The notes: generated by a model from the letters alone, not told the origin. Positions 26,801-41,800 are shown, numbered from the stretch's first letter. The stretch is DNA of 64,000 nt from Paracoccaceae bacterium (GCA_031428215.1 JANPOY010000234.1:57790-121789), one strand, 5' to 3'. Translations and numbers: made by a program.

Positions 26801-29800
26801 ATGGTGGTCGCGGTCACACTTTCAATGGTGAAGCCGCCCGGAATGCCCTCGATAAAGATCACCTGCCCCGCCGCAAAGTCCGTGGTCCAGTTGCCGCCAT
26901 CGGTGCGGGTCAACCGGTCGGCCAACAGAGTTACGGTGGCCGTCACTTCGATGCGTGCGGCAACCGACTTGTGGATGTCGATCTTGCCGTCACTATCAAC
27001 ATCAGAAGCCACAATCGGATTGCCGCTGAGCACCAGCACAGACCCATTGCCCCAGCTGGCCGAGGCACCGGCTGGCTTGCCAAAGGCTGCAGGATTGGTC
27101 GGCACACCATTCGCATTCAGGATCGCCACGATTTGACGGGTGGTCGTCTCGCCTTCGATCGAGATGATCTGGCCGACCGCATAGCCGTCGCTCGCCCAGT
27201 TGCGGCCATCGTCCCGCAGCAGATAATTCACACCAGCAATGGTTTGGGCCTTGTAGGCACCGAAGGTCTGCACCGGCAGGTTGCCGCCGCCATGCACGAC
27301 GGTCAGACCGCCATGCGGGCCCTGCACCCAGATGTTGTTGCTGGCCGCGCCAGCCGCAATCGGTTCGCCCAATATCTCCATCGTGGTGCCATTGATCGAC
27401 AGCACGCGGTACTGCACCGCCTGATTGAAGCTGCCATTCACACCGCCGATGTTGATCAGATGGCCTTCAAGGAAGCCTTCCTGCTCCCAATTGACCCCGC
27501 TCAGCACCGCACCTGTCGGCGTGCTTTCCACGCCATAGCTGTACTGGCCAAGCACCAGCGCATCGACCGCCACTAGCCGAACTTCGCCCACAAAGGCGTC
27601 GATCAAAGCTGTGATGCTCTCGCCGCTCAGCGTACCAACCGCCTGCAGCACCAGGATCGAGTTGTCGTTCGGGTCGCGCAAAGCGGTTCCGGCTTCAAGG
27701 ACCGGCAGGCCGTCGCCATCAAGATAAATGGCATCCGCCACTTCAACCACAATGAAGGACACGCCCGGCACGCCATCGACCGTCACCAGTTGGTTCGGCA
27801 AGAAGCCTTCGGCCTTCCAGTCGATCACATTGGACCGCACAGTGTAATAGCCGGCGAACGCATTCTCGGCATCGGGGTCGGCGCCCACAGTCGAGAAGCT
27901 AAACACGTTCTGCGCCGATACGAACGGGGCTGGGTCCAGCGTGCCATTGATGTCAAGCCGGTCATTGCCCTGACCGAGCATGATGTTCAGAACTTCGATG
28001 GTCGATTGCGCACCGTCGGTGCCGACGCTGAGCGAGCCGAAATTCACCTTGCCAAAGCTGATGCCGCCCGGAACCGTGATCGAGGTCGAACCCGCCGCAG
28101 CCTCGCCAAACAGCGGACCAGAAACGTCTTTGAACACCAGATCATTCGCCATGCCAAAGCCGCGCAGCGTGGTCTGGGTCAGCACGCCCGACGTATCCGC
28201 CATGCTTGAGTCGTTGAAGATGTTCAGCACGTCGATCTGCTGGCTTTCCGGTGCCTGCGCGCCGATGGCGATCAGGAAGTCGTCATCCTCGCCCGGAAGT
28301 TTCACACCCGACGTCAGCGAGCGGTCAGCACCCGCCGGACCGCCTTCAACCGCCAGCGGCCCGCGCAGTTTCGACAGAAGATGCGTCGAGACCGGGAAGA
28401 TCTTCACCCCGTCGCGGGTTGGCGGCACCACGTAATCCGCATCGGCCGCAAGGACCACGGTTTGAAGTTCGTGCCAGTCGGTTCCGCTAAATGTCGCCTC
28501 TGGAGCGATCCGCACAACCTGAACGTTGTGACTGCCCGTCCCCAGCCATGTCGCGGAAAGAAGTTGCTCCACCTCGTTGATCGTCACGTTGATCAACTGC
28601 AGCTTGGAATCCTGGCTGTCATTGTCACCACGGATCAGCTGGATCTTGGCTTCGACGCTCCGCGTGAGCGGATCATCAGGCGTGTCAAGATTGATGATCC
28701 GCACCCACATGCCTTCAAGGAAGCCATCGGCCAGCCAGCCTTCCTGTGCGCCAGCAGCGCCAAGGTCAAGGAACTGGCCCGGGAAAGCATTCAGCCCCGT
28801 CTCTGCGCCATAGGTCACACTGCCCGAGAAGATGGTGTTTTCCGCCAGATCCGATAGCACAGCGGGAACAACCGTCGCGCCCTGAGTCCAGCCCGGTGTC
28901 GCGGCCAGAGTGCTGCCCAAAGTGATGGTCTTGCCATTGGCCGAAACCGACTTGACGACAAAATCGCCCGTGTTGCCGGCAAAGCCACCCGTGGCAGTCA
29001 GGCGCAGGCGTTGGCCCGGCACAAGGGCGAAGTCCGAAAGCTGGACGTCTTGTTCAACACCGGTCTCTCCCCAGTTGCCACCGCTAAGCAGCGCGGTCAG
29101 AACGATCAGATTTCCCGAGACCGACTGCACGACATAATCATCGTTGTTGTCATCGAAACCATCGGCAGACCCCGCACGCACGCGGATCGTCTCGCCTGCC
29201 GTGAACCCGGTGCCGACGCCCGTGCCGCTGATCGTCAGATATGTGCCATTGTCGCCAAAGGTCACCGTGCCATCGAAGCGGACCGAAGCTTGCAGGCTTT
29301 CCCCGAAGAAGCCTTCGTCCTGGAAGCTGCCAAAGTCCGAGCCTGCGCCGCGGGTCACTGTCAGATTGCCAGTGCCATCCACCCCGAAAATCAGATTGCC
29401 GGTGAACAGTTGCGTGGCGATCACCCCGCCAACCGCGAGATAGCTCTCGGGTGTGACGGCGGTGCCGTTGATCGAGATCACATCGGCCAGACCGTCGGTC
29501 AGCACCGCCACGGTGACATTGGCATCCGGCTGACGGGTCAGGCGGATATGGTAGGTGTCGGTGCTTTGGTTCGGCACCAGCAGCGTGCTGCCGCCCGATT
29601 CCAGCACCACGGCCCCCGAAGTCTCGTCGTCGAACACCTCGACGTCGATCAACTGGAAGCCCGAGCGCAGGTTCGGGAAGATGTAATCAGCATCAGTCGT
29701 CTCATCATTGCGCTCGAATTCAAGCACAGCGATTTCCAGATCCTCACGCACGAAGTCTTCGCGCGCCTCAACCCCGACGCGGATTTCATCGTCCCAGTTG

Positions 29801-32800
29801 GCGGCGGTAAAGGTCATCTGGCCAATCAGCACCTTGCCATCCGCGCGCACCGTCGTGGTGGCGAAAAGGGTCAGGCGGGTATCACCGGTGATGTTCGTGA
29901 AGGTCAGCGCATTGTCGCTGGCAACATCAACCACCAGATCGACCACCACGTTACCGAAGACCGGCGCCTTGGCCAGCGACAGACGGATTTCGTCACTCAG
30001 CTTGCTGACGCTGCTGCCCTCAACGACCACAGTGCGGCCATCCTCCAACCCGCCTGCATCGACCTCGCGCACTTTGATGCCGGGGGTGTCATTGTCACGC
30101 ACCGCGACCTCGACATTGCGCACGTCGATGCCATCATAGGCGATGTCCTCAGACACCACGCTGTGCTGAATCACCGTCACCCGGTCGCCCTCCGAGCGGT
30201 CGTCATCGGGCGCAAAGACCCAGACCCCCACCGCGTTGGCGAAATTACCTGCTGTAAAGGCAAAAGTGATCGCGTTTTGTGACACATAGGCGGTGACGCC
30301 GTTCACGGTGATCACCCGCTGGAACTCCTGGTCGGTCACAGTACTGAAGGTATTTGGCCCAACGGCGTAGTCAGTACCGGGACCACCTGCGAGGGTCGGA
30401 TTGACCGCCGACAGCCAGACCGTTTCGCCCAAGGCGTCGGTCAGGAAAGCTGGGTTCAGATCATAGGGCAGCCCGGTGATCGGATCAAGTGCACGCTCTT
30501 CCTGGAAGCTGCGCGCCGCCGAAACCGTGACATAAACGACCGAGGTCGGGGCCTGCGCCAGACGGATCGTGTAGAAATCGGCAAACTGGTCCAGCACATC
30601 GGATTCTTCGCCGACCACCGTGCGGCCAAGCGACTGGTCGCCCGTAGCCTCTTGGTTGATGACCACAAGGCCCTCGCCACTGCGGGCGACATTGTAGTCA
30701 AAGCCGTCGATCACCAGACCGTCGTAAAGCGCATCACCCGACCGCACCAGATGGTCGACGGTGCCGGTCGCGCCTTCCAACTCGCGCGTCACGATGTCTT
30801 CGGTCACGTCACCACCGACGTTGATCACATCGGACCCAAGCCCGCCGATCACCCGATAGCTGACACCGAAGGCGGTGGAGAGGACGAAGAATTCGTCATC
30901 GCCTTCCAGACCGTCGACCTCCACAACCTCGATGGTGCTGTAACGCACGTTTAGACCAGCACCAAAGATGCCATCGGCGCGGATCACGATGTCATCGGCA
31001 AATTCGGTGCCAAGGATCACCATCTTGTCAAATCCGGTGCCGCCATCGACCGAAACCGGCGCGTTGACATTGTAGCGCACCTCGTCCTGCCCGCCGCCGG
31101 CGCGGATGTCCGGCGCCTGCGCGACCGAGAATCCGAGTCCGATCTGCGGCGTCGCCACGCCGTCCACGTCCAGAACGATCACGTCGTCAGAGCGATTGTT
31201 CAGGGTCTTGTAGACGTCAAGGAAGTTGATGCCACCATCGTTGTTCAAGTCGTTTTTGATTGCAATCTGATAGGCAAGGCCGGCGGCAAGATCGGCCTTG
31301 TTGATCTGGCCGTCGCCGTTCCAGTCGAAATCGGTCGTCGCGGCCAGCGCGAAGGCGCGGATGATGAACAGATCGTTGTGATCGTCACCTTCCAGCCGCA
31401 GTTCGGACTGGTTCGAATAGACGCGGAAAGTGTCGTTGCCGGTGCCACCCTGCGCCACCAGCGGTGCGGACGAGCCCGGCGACAGCCAGCCGCGCGTCGT
31501 CGCCACCAGATCCGGGAACACGTCATTCGGCAGCAGGTTGGCCGCCGCCGAGCGGTTCTGGCCAAAGATCTGCCCGACCTGGAAGGTGTCGTCCCCCGCC
31601 CCGCCATCCAGCGTGGTGATGATCGTCACATCATCCGAATAGAACTGGTCATTGCCCTCACGGCCTTCGACAACCATCCGGCCATTGATGCCGCTGTCAT
31701 ACTGGACGCGGCCAACTTCAGGGCTGTCCTCATTGAACTGGACGATGTCCTGATAGGTCGAAACCGTGCCGTGCAGCAGGGCGACAAAGCCCGCGCGGTG
31801 GACATCTTCATTGTCGATGTCCCGCATCGCCCGCAACAGGAACAGGTCATTCGTGCCAGCCAGTCTGCTGGGCGAACCGGCAGGGGCCAGGATGTGCAGC
31901 TCATCCACCCCATCAGTCTCGGCACCGGTGTCCAGTGCGTTGATGATGTAATTGCGGGGATCAGTGCCGTTGGACCCAAGCACATGGATTTCATAGCGAT
32001 CGGTATCGGCCTGACCGTCCAGTGTCAGCGTGTGTTCGGCCAGCGCGCGACCAAGGTTGGTCAGATCCGGGCCAAAGGCAAGATCAGCATCCTGCGGATT
32101 GTTTAGCATAGATGGCGAAGTCACTGTGGCGGTGTCTTGCAGGAAATACACGCGGAACAGGTCTTCGCCATCGTCGCCGATGCTCAGATCCTTGTCATGC
32201 AGGCCGGTGCCATCCGCAGGCACATCACGCGAGCCATAGGCGCGGGTTTTGGACCCCAGATAGATGAAGCCCGCGCTGCCCTGAATGGTGCCGCCCGCGA
32301 CACCGCTGGTATCGCCGAACTCGATCAGATCGACGCCGGTGTTGCCGAAAATCTGCGCCGTGTTGACCGGCGTGCCATAGAAGGCGACGGCGGTGCCCAT
32401 GGCCGGATCACCACTTTGTCCAGCCGAATAGCCGTCGTTGCCGGGGGTCACAACCGCCCCGGCGATAAGCCGGCCGCGCAGCACGATGGTGGTGCCAAAG
32501 TTGTCGCCAGCGACGCTGTCCGGATCAGCCGCACTGAAGGTGCCGTCGGTGTAGTTGGCGTCCCCCTTGATGACGATGTTTCCGGCCGCCAGCACATCGG
32601 CATTGGCATCAAACGCGATGCTGTCGCCGACAAACAATGTCACCGAACCACGCTCGGCAAAGATCGTGCCGTGCTGGAAATTGCGCAGGTGGTCGGTCTG
32701 GTTGCCCGGATTCCGGGTGTTGGATTCAGCAAAATTCGCCGATCCGCTGTCTTGCAGGTACAGATGCTCGTTCTTGGCCGAGGACTCGCGCACCGTCAGG

Positions 32801-35800
32801 CGGATCGCGCCATAGAAGGTATGCGCCAGCGCCAGCCGCAGCGCGCCGTCCGTCTCGCTGAGGAAGATGTCCAGCGAGGCCTCCAGCGACACATCATCAA
32901 GGCTGGTGTTGTTCAGCGCGGCGTCACGCGCCGCCGTGTCGTAGAAACTCACCTCGGACGCGGTGTCCCCGACATTCGAGTCGATCTCCAGATCATTGCC
33001 GATCTGACCGATAGAGGCGTTCAGACCGTTGGCATCGACATCGATGCTTTCGCCCAGAACATCGGCGGTGGTGTCGGTGTCGGCATCGACAATCGACCCC
33101 GCCACGGTGCGCAACGACACATTCGCCAGCGTGGTGACGATGCTGATGCGCATGTCGCCCGTCAACTCGTCAAGATGGATGCCGTCGTGGCTGGTGTCGG
33201 CCGTCGTTTCATAGGCGAAAAGCATGCCGCCGCTGTTGTTGCGGTCAGAGTTGATTTCGAGGAAATCATCGGATTGCCCGATCCCGCCGTTGTCGGCATT
33301 GGCCGCGCTGGTGCCAGCCGGGATGGCCAGACCGCCCACGGTAAAGCCGCCGCCCGTAGCTACACCGGAATGCAAGGTGACATTCACCCCCGACACATCC
33401 ACCGTCGGCAACCCGTTCGCATCCAGTATGCGCCCCGGCGACCGCAGTGTCACATCATTCCCGGTCGAGTGGATATGGCCGACCAACATGTCACCCAGAA
33501 GTTCCGTTGCCTGAACAAAGCCGTTGGTGGTCAGGAAAATCTGCGCCCCGCCGCTCTCTTCATCGTTTTCCAGCCCGGTATTGGACGCATCGACATCGGT
33601 GTAGATGACGAAATTGATCGTGGTCGATGGACTGTTTTCCTCAATCACGTTGATACTGCGCGTGCCATTGGGCTGCATCGCGCCGTATTCGAAGGTGGTG
33701 GTGCGGTAAGTACGGTTCTCGGCGCCAACATAGGCATCGGACGTGTCGACGTGGCCGATGTCGATGTCATCACCCGACCGCACTTCGACAAACACATAGG
33801 TGCTGTTTACTTCAGTGCCGGTTACGCCAAGGCTGCGGCCGATGAAGTCATATGCGCTTGCCGCATTGGCCACAGGTTCCGGGCTCCAATGCAGGAACCA
33901 GGTGCCGGTGCGCGCCTGCGTTGCGCCAAGGTTGAGCGCGGGTGTGTAGGCACCCGTCGGCGCAACGTAGGTGCTGACCGTAACGCCGTCGATTGGTGCG
34001 ACGTTGTCTCCGGCCTTGGAGTCATTGATCACCACGTCAACATCGTCACCCGCCGTCAGCCGTTTGATTTCAACCACCAGCAAAGTGTTCTCCGCCGGGG
34101 TTTTCGAGCGGTCGAAGAACGTCAGATCAAGGACGGCATCGCGCCCGGCATCAGCCGTCAGCGAGATTTCCTTCAGAGTCAGGTTGGTCGGCACATCGGC
34201 GCGTTCGACTGCATGCAGGATGCGCAGCAGTTCGACCGAAAGCGCTTTGCGCGTGGTGCCGTTGGTGCCGCCAGTCTGGTTGCCGATGTCACCCGAGGCG
34301 ACGACTGACAGGGTATTGGTGCGGATCAGCGCCTCGTCATAGATCGCTGTGGGCAGAACGCCTTGCTCGGTCACCAGCTGACGCTCATCAACCCGGATAT
34401 TGCCGCGCTGGTTGAGAATCGTCGTGGAGCCGAAGGTGTTTTCGATTCCACCCAACAGGATGATTTCGCTGGCCGCCACCGGGCTTCCGGTGCCATCAAG
34501 ACCCGAAAGGTTGCGGATCAGAACGCCGGTCTGCGGATAGCGCAGGTTCAGGTCGAACTCGAAGGTACGCTCAGGCACCTCGGCATTCAGCCCGATGTTG
34601 GAGCCAAAGGCATCGTCAAACTTGATGTCATCCGCCACGACTTTCACGACTGCCGATCCGTCGATCACGTCGATATGGTTGATGACCACATCGTAATCTG
34701 AATAGTTCGTGATCTTCACGCTGTCCCAGGTGCGCTGGCTTTCGATCAAACCAAGGTTGCCCCAGACGACTGACGCCTCCTGGCCCGCCACGTCGTTGGT
34801 GAAGAAGACAACTTCGCCCGCTTCATCATAGATGATGTCATCCAGTATCACCTGATCATTTGCGGTTGAAAGCTGCTGGCCTTCCTGCTTGTTAAGGTTC
34901 ACGCCCAGCAGCTTGATGTTGGTCAGTTTGCTGATCGTACCGTCGGCCAGAATCTCCAGTTCAGGGTTCGGTTCGCCCAGCAGGTAAACGTGGCTTTCCC
35001 AGAAGATCCAGCGCAGCGGGTTGAACTGACCCTCGTTTGCACTGCCGCCAAATCCGCCGAACACGGCACCGTCGCCGCGGCGGATGGCCCGGTTGACCAG
35101 ATTGAACTGGGTCGCGCTGACCACAAGGGACGCCGTGGTCAGTTCGGCCTCCCAGAAGCCCTGAACGAAATCCAACAGGTCAAGCGAGGCGGTGGCATTG
35201 GCATCGGAATCGCCGCCCAGCGCATCCAGAGAGCTGTCGGCGGTGGCGCGGCTGGTGGCCTCGGCTGTCGTTGCCTCGATCAGAATGGCCTCGTCAGCTT
35301 CGATCCACGCTCCGTTTCCCGCACCTGTGCCGGCAAGGATCACCCGGTTGTCGGTGTATATCCGCGCTGTCGCGTCAGCTTCGGCATCGCCGCCCGCCGC
35401 ATCGACTTCGGTTTTGGCAAGGGCCACGGCGGTAAGCTTGGTGTTTTGCGAGCGGAAAATGATCGAGCTGGCCTGAACATCGGCCGTGGCCAGGATTGTG
35501 ATCGTGCTGTTCGCTTTGTCGCCGGACGTGCCGATCGAGGCGTTCGATGTTGTGTCACCTGTACCGCCCAGACCACCGGCAAAACCGTTTGTTTCGGCAT
35601 TCGCATTGGCGCTCGTGTTGGTCTGGACGGTGATCGTCCCGTCCGAAAGCAGCGTGCCCGCAATGTCGATGTCGACGCTGTAGTTCAGCGAAGCGTTTGC
35701 AGAACCGCCGATGAAGGCGACAAAGCCACCGCGGTTCGACTCGGCATAGGCGGTCACGTTGGACGCCGTGTTGGTGGTGATGTCGAGCGTGTTGTCGCCC

Positions 35801-38800
35801 TCGATCTCGGCACCGCTTCCGATGGCGATCTTGTTGGTGTTGCTGCCGGTTGCGGTTGCATTGGCGCTGCCGATGCTGGCAAAGCCGCCGCCACGGCCGT
35901 CGGCGATGCCGCTGACACCGATTGCGCTGTTAGAAACGATGTCGACATCGGCAGAGAAGATGTCGGCGCTGCCCACTGTCAGGTTCACATTGGCCCCATG
36001 GTGGGCGGTGACAGTCGCATTGGCGACATCCACAACACCGCCAGACCGACCCGTGGCCGTCGCTGTCACAGTCGAGTCGCCCGACGGCGCACCCGCAAAG
36101 CCGCGCGCCCCGCCGATACCGTCAAATCTACCAGACACGGCGCTTGTCAGATCAACCACCAGCTGCTGGTTGCTGCCGGGGCCCTGATCCTGAAGATCAA
36201 GTCCTTCGACCGCAAAGATATGCTGGCCAAAAGCCCCCGACGCAATCATGAGCGCCGGAAGGTTGAAGCGGTTGTTCAGTTCGAACCAGCTGCCGTCGCC
36301 GGCCACCGCCGAGACAAAATAAACCTCGCCAACATTAAGCACCGGGCTGTTGAACAGCGAGGTCAGCCGATGGACCGTGTCAAGTGCCGCGGCCGAGGTA
36401 TTGCGGACGATGTTGATCGGTGTGACGGGAACGGATTGGTCGCCGGCCGTGTCCGGATCGTCCGGTAGGCCAGTCGACTCATTCTGGGTGGCAGCAAGTT
36501 GGATGTAATTGCTGTCGATCCGGATAACATAATAGGTTCCGTTGTTGCTCAGCGCTCCACCCGGAAAAGCGATATCAATCGCCGTTCCATTGCCGAAGTT
36601 CAGCGTTCCGTCATTGTTGACCGTATAATGCTGATAGGTGACCGCCTCTCCGGTCTGCAAGCCATGACCTTGGACGTAAATGCGGTTGTTGTCTGAGGCA
36701 GAAAAGGTGAACGGATTGCTGTTGGTCACCGTGCCGTCGACCACAGCGCTTGAAAACTCGGCTGGCGGCGCGACGCGGTAGGTGACCGGATCGCCGACCA
36801 CAAAGGTGTTCGGGATGACCACACGGTTGTCAAACAGCCCGATCTGGCTGCGCGTTGCCGTCACACTCTCGATGTTCTGGCTCAGCCCTTGCAGCTTGAT
36901 CGTGTTGTCATCGACTTTGTAGACACGATATTGTGTGCCCTGTGCCAGCCCGTCAACGATGTTACCGGAAGTACCCGAGTGATACCAGACGATCTGGCCA
37001 TTCTCAAGGTTGTGGCCATTCAGGAAGGTGATTTCATCGCGCACCGTGTCGACCTGCGAGTCACCAAACACCTCTCCCAGCCGGATTTCGTTGCTGTCCA
37101 TCACGATCACGGAATATTGCCGACCTTCGACAAGGCCGCCGCTGGATTGGCTGGCGAAAGTGACACTCGATCCGGTTTGCAACTGGTGCGGCAGGTTGAA
37201 GTTGATCGAATTGGTGGTGCCTGTCGCGGTCGGCTCTCCTGCCGCGTTGGCCGGGTCCGAACTAACGACCGTGCCATCCGAAACCGGCGCGGGCGATGCG
37301 CCATGGTTGGCACTTATCAGCACCCTGGTCGCGGCGTTGATCGCATTCGCGGCCCCCACGTCCATATCGACAAGGCCGTAAGCCCAGGCATCAGACGTAA
37401 GCGAAGCCACCGTCACCAGGCCGCCCTGGGCCGAACTGGACCGGACGTCAGCATCGGTCAACAGGTTGGTCGTCGCGCTGATCTCGCTGCCCAGCAACAG
37501 ATCGCTTGAACTGCCGGCGAAATCGAAGTTCTGGCTGACGTTGGTGACGCCCTGCACTGTCGATCCGGCACCACTGACAGTCACCAGACCACCGCCGTCG
37601 GTGGTCGCCACCGCCTCTGCGGCAGCCAGCGTTTCAAGACTGACGTTCAGGAATTGGGCACCGTCGCCACCCGCACCATCCGTGACGTCCCCAAGGAAGG
37701 ACATCGAAGAAATCTGCAGAGTCGTGCCATTCTTTTCGCCGCCGCTGCGGGCAAAGGAATCCCCCGACTGCACATTCACCAAACCGCCGCCCGCACTTGC
37801 AAGGGTCGAGAAGGCGGTGTTGGCGTGCTTGGCCTGCACGTTGACAGTCGACCCGGCCTGGAAGTTGGCGTTGGCGGCCACGCTGAAAGTCATGATCGAC
37901 GCCGCATAGGCATCAATATCCGCATTGGTAATCGCCACCAGACCGGCAGTGTCGTTGTCGGCCCCCGCAATGGCACCGCGGCCACTGACGCCACCGCCCG
38001 CTTGATCGAAGAAGGTCGAAGCCCCGCGGTTGTAGTTCAGATCCGCATAGAGGTTGACGTTGCCCGAGGCATGGATCGTGCCGCCACTGCCAACATTGAA
38101 ATCGACCCCGGCGATAAAATCGGCGTCCGAAGTGCTAAGCGAAACCGCCACACCGCCGACATTCAGGCCCTGAGATTCAGACCGGGCATAGCCATCCAGT
38201 GAAACCAGCATGTCGAAATTGCCACTGGTCACGGTGATGTCCATGTTGTCGCCGATCCGGCCCTTGGCATCGGCGTCATTGATCGCCTGTGCCGTCAGAT
38301 TTCCGGCCGAGACAAGCGAGAAACTAAGGGTTTCGGATTCAGAATTGACGTTGCTGTCAAGAATGGCATCGACATCAAAGCCAGTTGCCACGTTGATCGT
38401 GCCGCCAGTGCCCCCCGCCGCGCCAATCCGGGCTTCGACACTGCCTTTGTCCTCGGCTTTTGCCAGCAGCGACTGAATATCGGCAATCAGCGAGCCGCCA
38501 CCCTGGTCGATATCGGCTGAAGCATTGTGGGTGGCGTCGGCCTTCATGGTGATAGAACCGACATTGATGGTCACGCCGTCACCGATGCTGACTTCGGTAT
38601 CGCTATCCAGAACGGTCGAAATCTCGGTCGAACCGAAGGTGACTGCGCCTGCAATGGCGGTGTTGTCCGAATAGGGGTTGGCCGTGATCGTCGACTTGGC
38701 GTCAATCGTCAATGCACCGCTCAAGGTCAGCGTAACATTGTCCGCGACATAGGTTTTTGTAACATGAGCGTTGGTGGCGATTATGCGCGTGCTGGAAATG

Positions 38801-41800
38801 TCCGCGATCCCGGCGCCGCTGCCCGCATCGACAACCGCAGCGGTCGACACGATGGAAAGGGCGTCCAGATCAACACTGGCCGCCGTGACCTTTGCACCAT
38901 CCGCGACATAGCTGCGAGTCGCTGAGGCCTGACTGCCGCCCTGCCCGACAATGGCCCTTGCCTCGAAATTCGACACATTCGCAATGCCCGCCCCGGCCGC
39001 CGCGTCAATCACTGCGCTGGCCATCGCGCTGCTGAGGGTGTTCTCGGCCTTGGCAACCAACGTGCCAGTTCCCAGATTGAGTGTCGAGTTTGTGCCAACG
39101 AAGGCTTCGGTGATCCGGCTGGCGGTCGCCACTGCCTTGAAAGTGTTGAGCGTCAGGAAAAGGCTGGCATTGGTGCCGTCATAAAGGGCATTGGCCATCG
39201 CCATGCCGCCATCCGGGTCCAGTTCGTTGGCGTAAAGGTCGACACTGACGGCGTTGAGCGTGGTGTTCTTGCCGATATAGGCGCGGGTGGCGCCCGAGGC
39301 ATCGGACAGAATCGTGGTGTCATCTACAGCTGCCGCAACGCCGAAGTCGAACCCGGCAACCTTCGAGAACGCCACCGATTTGCTTCTCGCATCGATGTCG
39401 ATATCGCCCGCGGTGATCGTTGCCGTATCACTGGTAGATGTGTCAAAAGCGCGACCCACGAAGGCTTCGGTCACATTCGACACGCGTGTGGTGGGCGAAA
39501 GCAGGTCTATGGCAGCAATACCCGCCAGTTCGACGCCGTCAATGGCCGCATCGGACCGGGCGACGCCATCCGCCAACAGTTTCAGATCCAGAGTGCCCAG
39601 ATTGATGCCGTCATTGACAAAGGCACGGGTAAAGCCACCGGCATCCGCATAGGGGCTGATCGCACTGACATCGACCCCCAATGTCCCACCGGTGTCGTCG
39701 ACCTTGGCATCGGCTTTGAAGTTGCCCCAGGCCTGAATATCCAGCTGCGTCACACCACGCAGGGTGATGGTGGCCAACGGGTTGCCGGTGCCGTCTTCCT
39801 CAAGTGATGCACCGATGAAGGCTTCGACGGTGCCGGTCACGAAGGCCTTGGGCTGCAAATCGCGGAAGGCCCCAAGAAGGGCAAAATCATCGCCGCCCCC
39901 CGTCACCGCAGTGGCCGTGTAGTCGATGCGGTCACTGCTTTCCCCAGCCCGGATGATCAGGTTGTTGGCATTCACCCCTGCCCCGTCGCGCACATAGGCG
40001 CGGGTCGCGCCATTTATCATCGCAATCGGCTCGTAGGATTCGATGTTGACCAACGCAAAGCCGGCGCCGTTGACCGTTGAATTCGCGCTCATGACCGCAT
40101 CGGCATCGACGCTGACATTGTTGCTGCCTGTCGTGGTCACCTGTGTGACGGCCGTTGGCGAGGCCTCGGTGCCCGCATAGGCCCCGATGAAGGCCTCTGT
40201 CCGGCTCGAGACGGTGGCAAGTGCGTCCGATTTGGTGATCGTCACCACACCGGCGGTGATGGAATCGTTGGTGGCCGAGGCGGTATCGCCCGATGTCGCC
40301 GAGATGGTCACCGCGCCTGCGTTGACGGTCGCACCTTCGCCGACATAGGCCAGCGTCGTGCCGTTCACCGTGGCACGCGAACTTGCCAAAGCTTCGCCGG
40401 CGAACAGGCCGATGCCCATGGTAAAGCTGGAGACAGTGGCATTTAGCGTTGCATTGGATGTAATGTTCAGCGCCTTGCTCCCCAGCGCCACTACGGCGGA
40501 CGCCGTAGGCGTCTCACCGGCTCGGGTGCCGACATAGGCCGCGGTTTCACGGGTCACATTGGCTTCAAACACCGTCTGGGCCGCGCCAGCTGCCAGACCG
40601 ACCGCCACCGCAAACCCCTTCGGGGTGGCGCTGGCGATGCTGGTCGCGTTGATGTCCATCGGCTGCGAAGAAATCACCGAAGACTCGCCATCAAGGTAGG
40701 CACGGGTCGCACCACCGACGTTGGCATAGGAATCCATCCGCGCGATGGACAGTCCCGTCGACAAAGCCACGCCCGTCACCACCGGGTCTACATAATGCGT
40801 GCTGGTAGCGGCGATGATCACGTCGCCGGAAGCTTCAAGATCGGCATTCGAACCGAAGGCCTCGACGACCGAATTGATGCTTTCGGTTGCCGCGCCGCCA
40901 GCGACGGCAAAGCCCACAAGACCGACCGATGCGGCAAGGACCCGCACATTGGTGGTAAGGTCACCCAGTTGGTAATCAGACCCGGCCATAATGGTCAGCG
41001 CGCCACCATTCGCATCCGCCTCGCTGTCTTCGACCGAAGCGAAGGTCTGCGTGGCAATCGTGTTGGTGCCAAGCCCGATGCCGAACGCAACAGAGAAAGT
41101 CAGCCCGAACGAAGCTGCGGTCGCACCGACATCCACTGTCGATGACAGTGAATCATCGGCCTGCACTGTGATGTAAGTTCCGGCCTCTACTTCGGACTGC
41201 CCACCGATCTGTGCGCGAACCTCGCGATTGACACTTGTATAACCCGAGGCCCCTGCCCCACTGAGAGCGAAGCCGGAAAGCGAAACCGATGCCGCCACAG
41301 CGACGGCTTCGGGCACGTTGGACATGGACGACGTCGTGCGCGCATCCACCAAGACATAGCCGGCGGTGGCCTGAATCTCGCTGTTCAGGATCTGGGCGCG
41401 GGTTTTGCCGTTAAGGTTGATAGTTGTCTTGGCAGCGGCGATGCTGAGGGTCGCTGCGCCAAGGCCGACTGCAACGCTGACCGAAACGGCGCTGGCATTG
41501 GCGTTGATCGTGACGCTGTCCTGCGCCTTGACTTCGACGTTGCTGCCGGCGGTGACCGACTGGCTGCCTGCTGTATCGGCGTTGCTGATGATGGCATCAA
41601 CGGTCTGCGCCATGGTGTTGGTGACAACACCCGCCGCGAAACCCAACGCCGCGGCCACGCCACCAGCAGAAATGGCAACCGAAACGCCGACAGCATCGGC
41701 GCTGGAGGTCGTGGTTGCATCTGCCAGAACCTGCACCATGCCAGCGGCATCGACAGAGCTGTCGTCGATCTGTGCGCGTACCACCCCATCATAGTTCACG

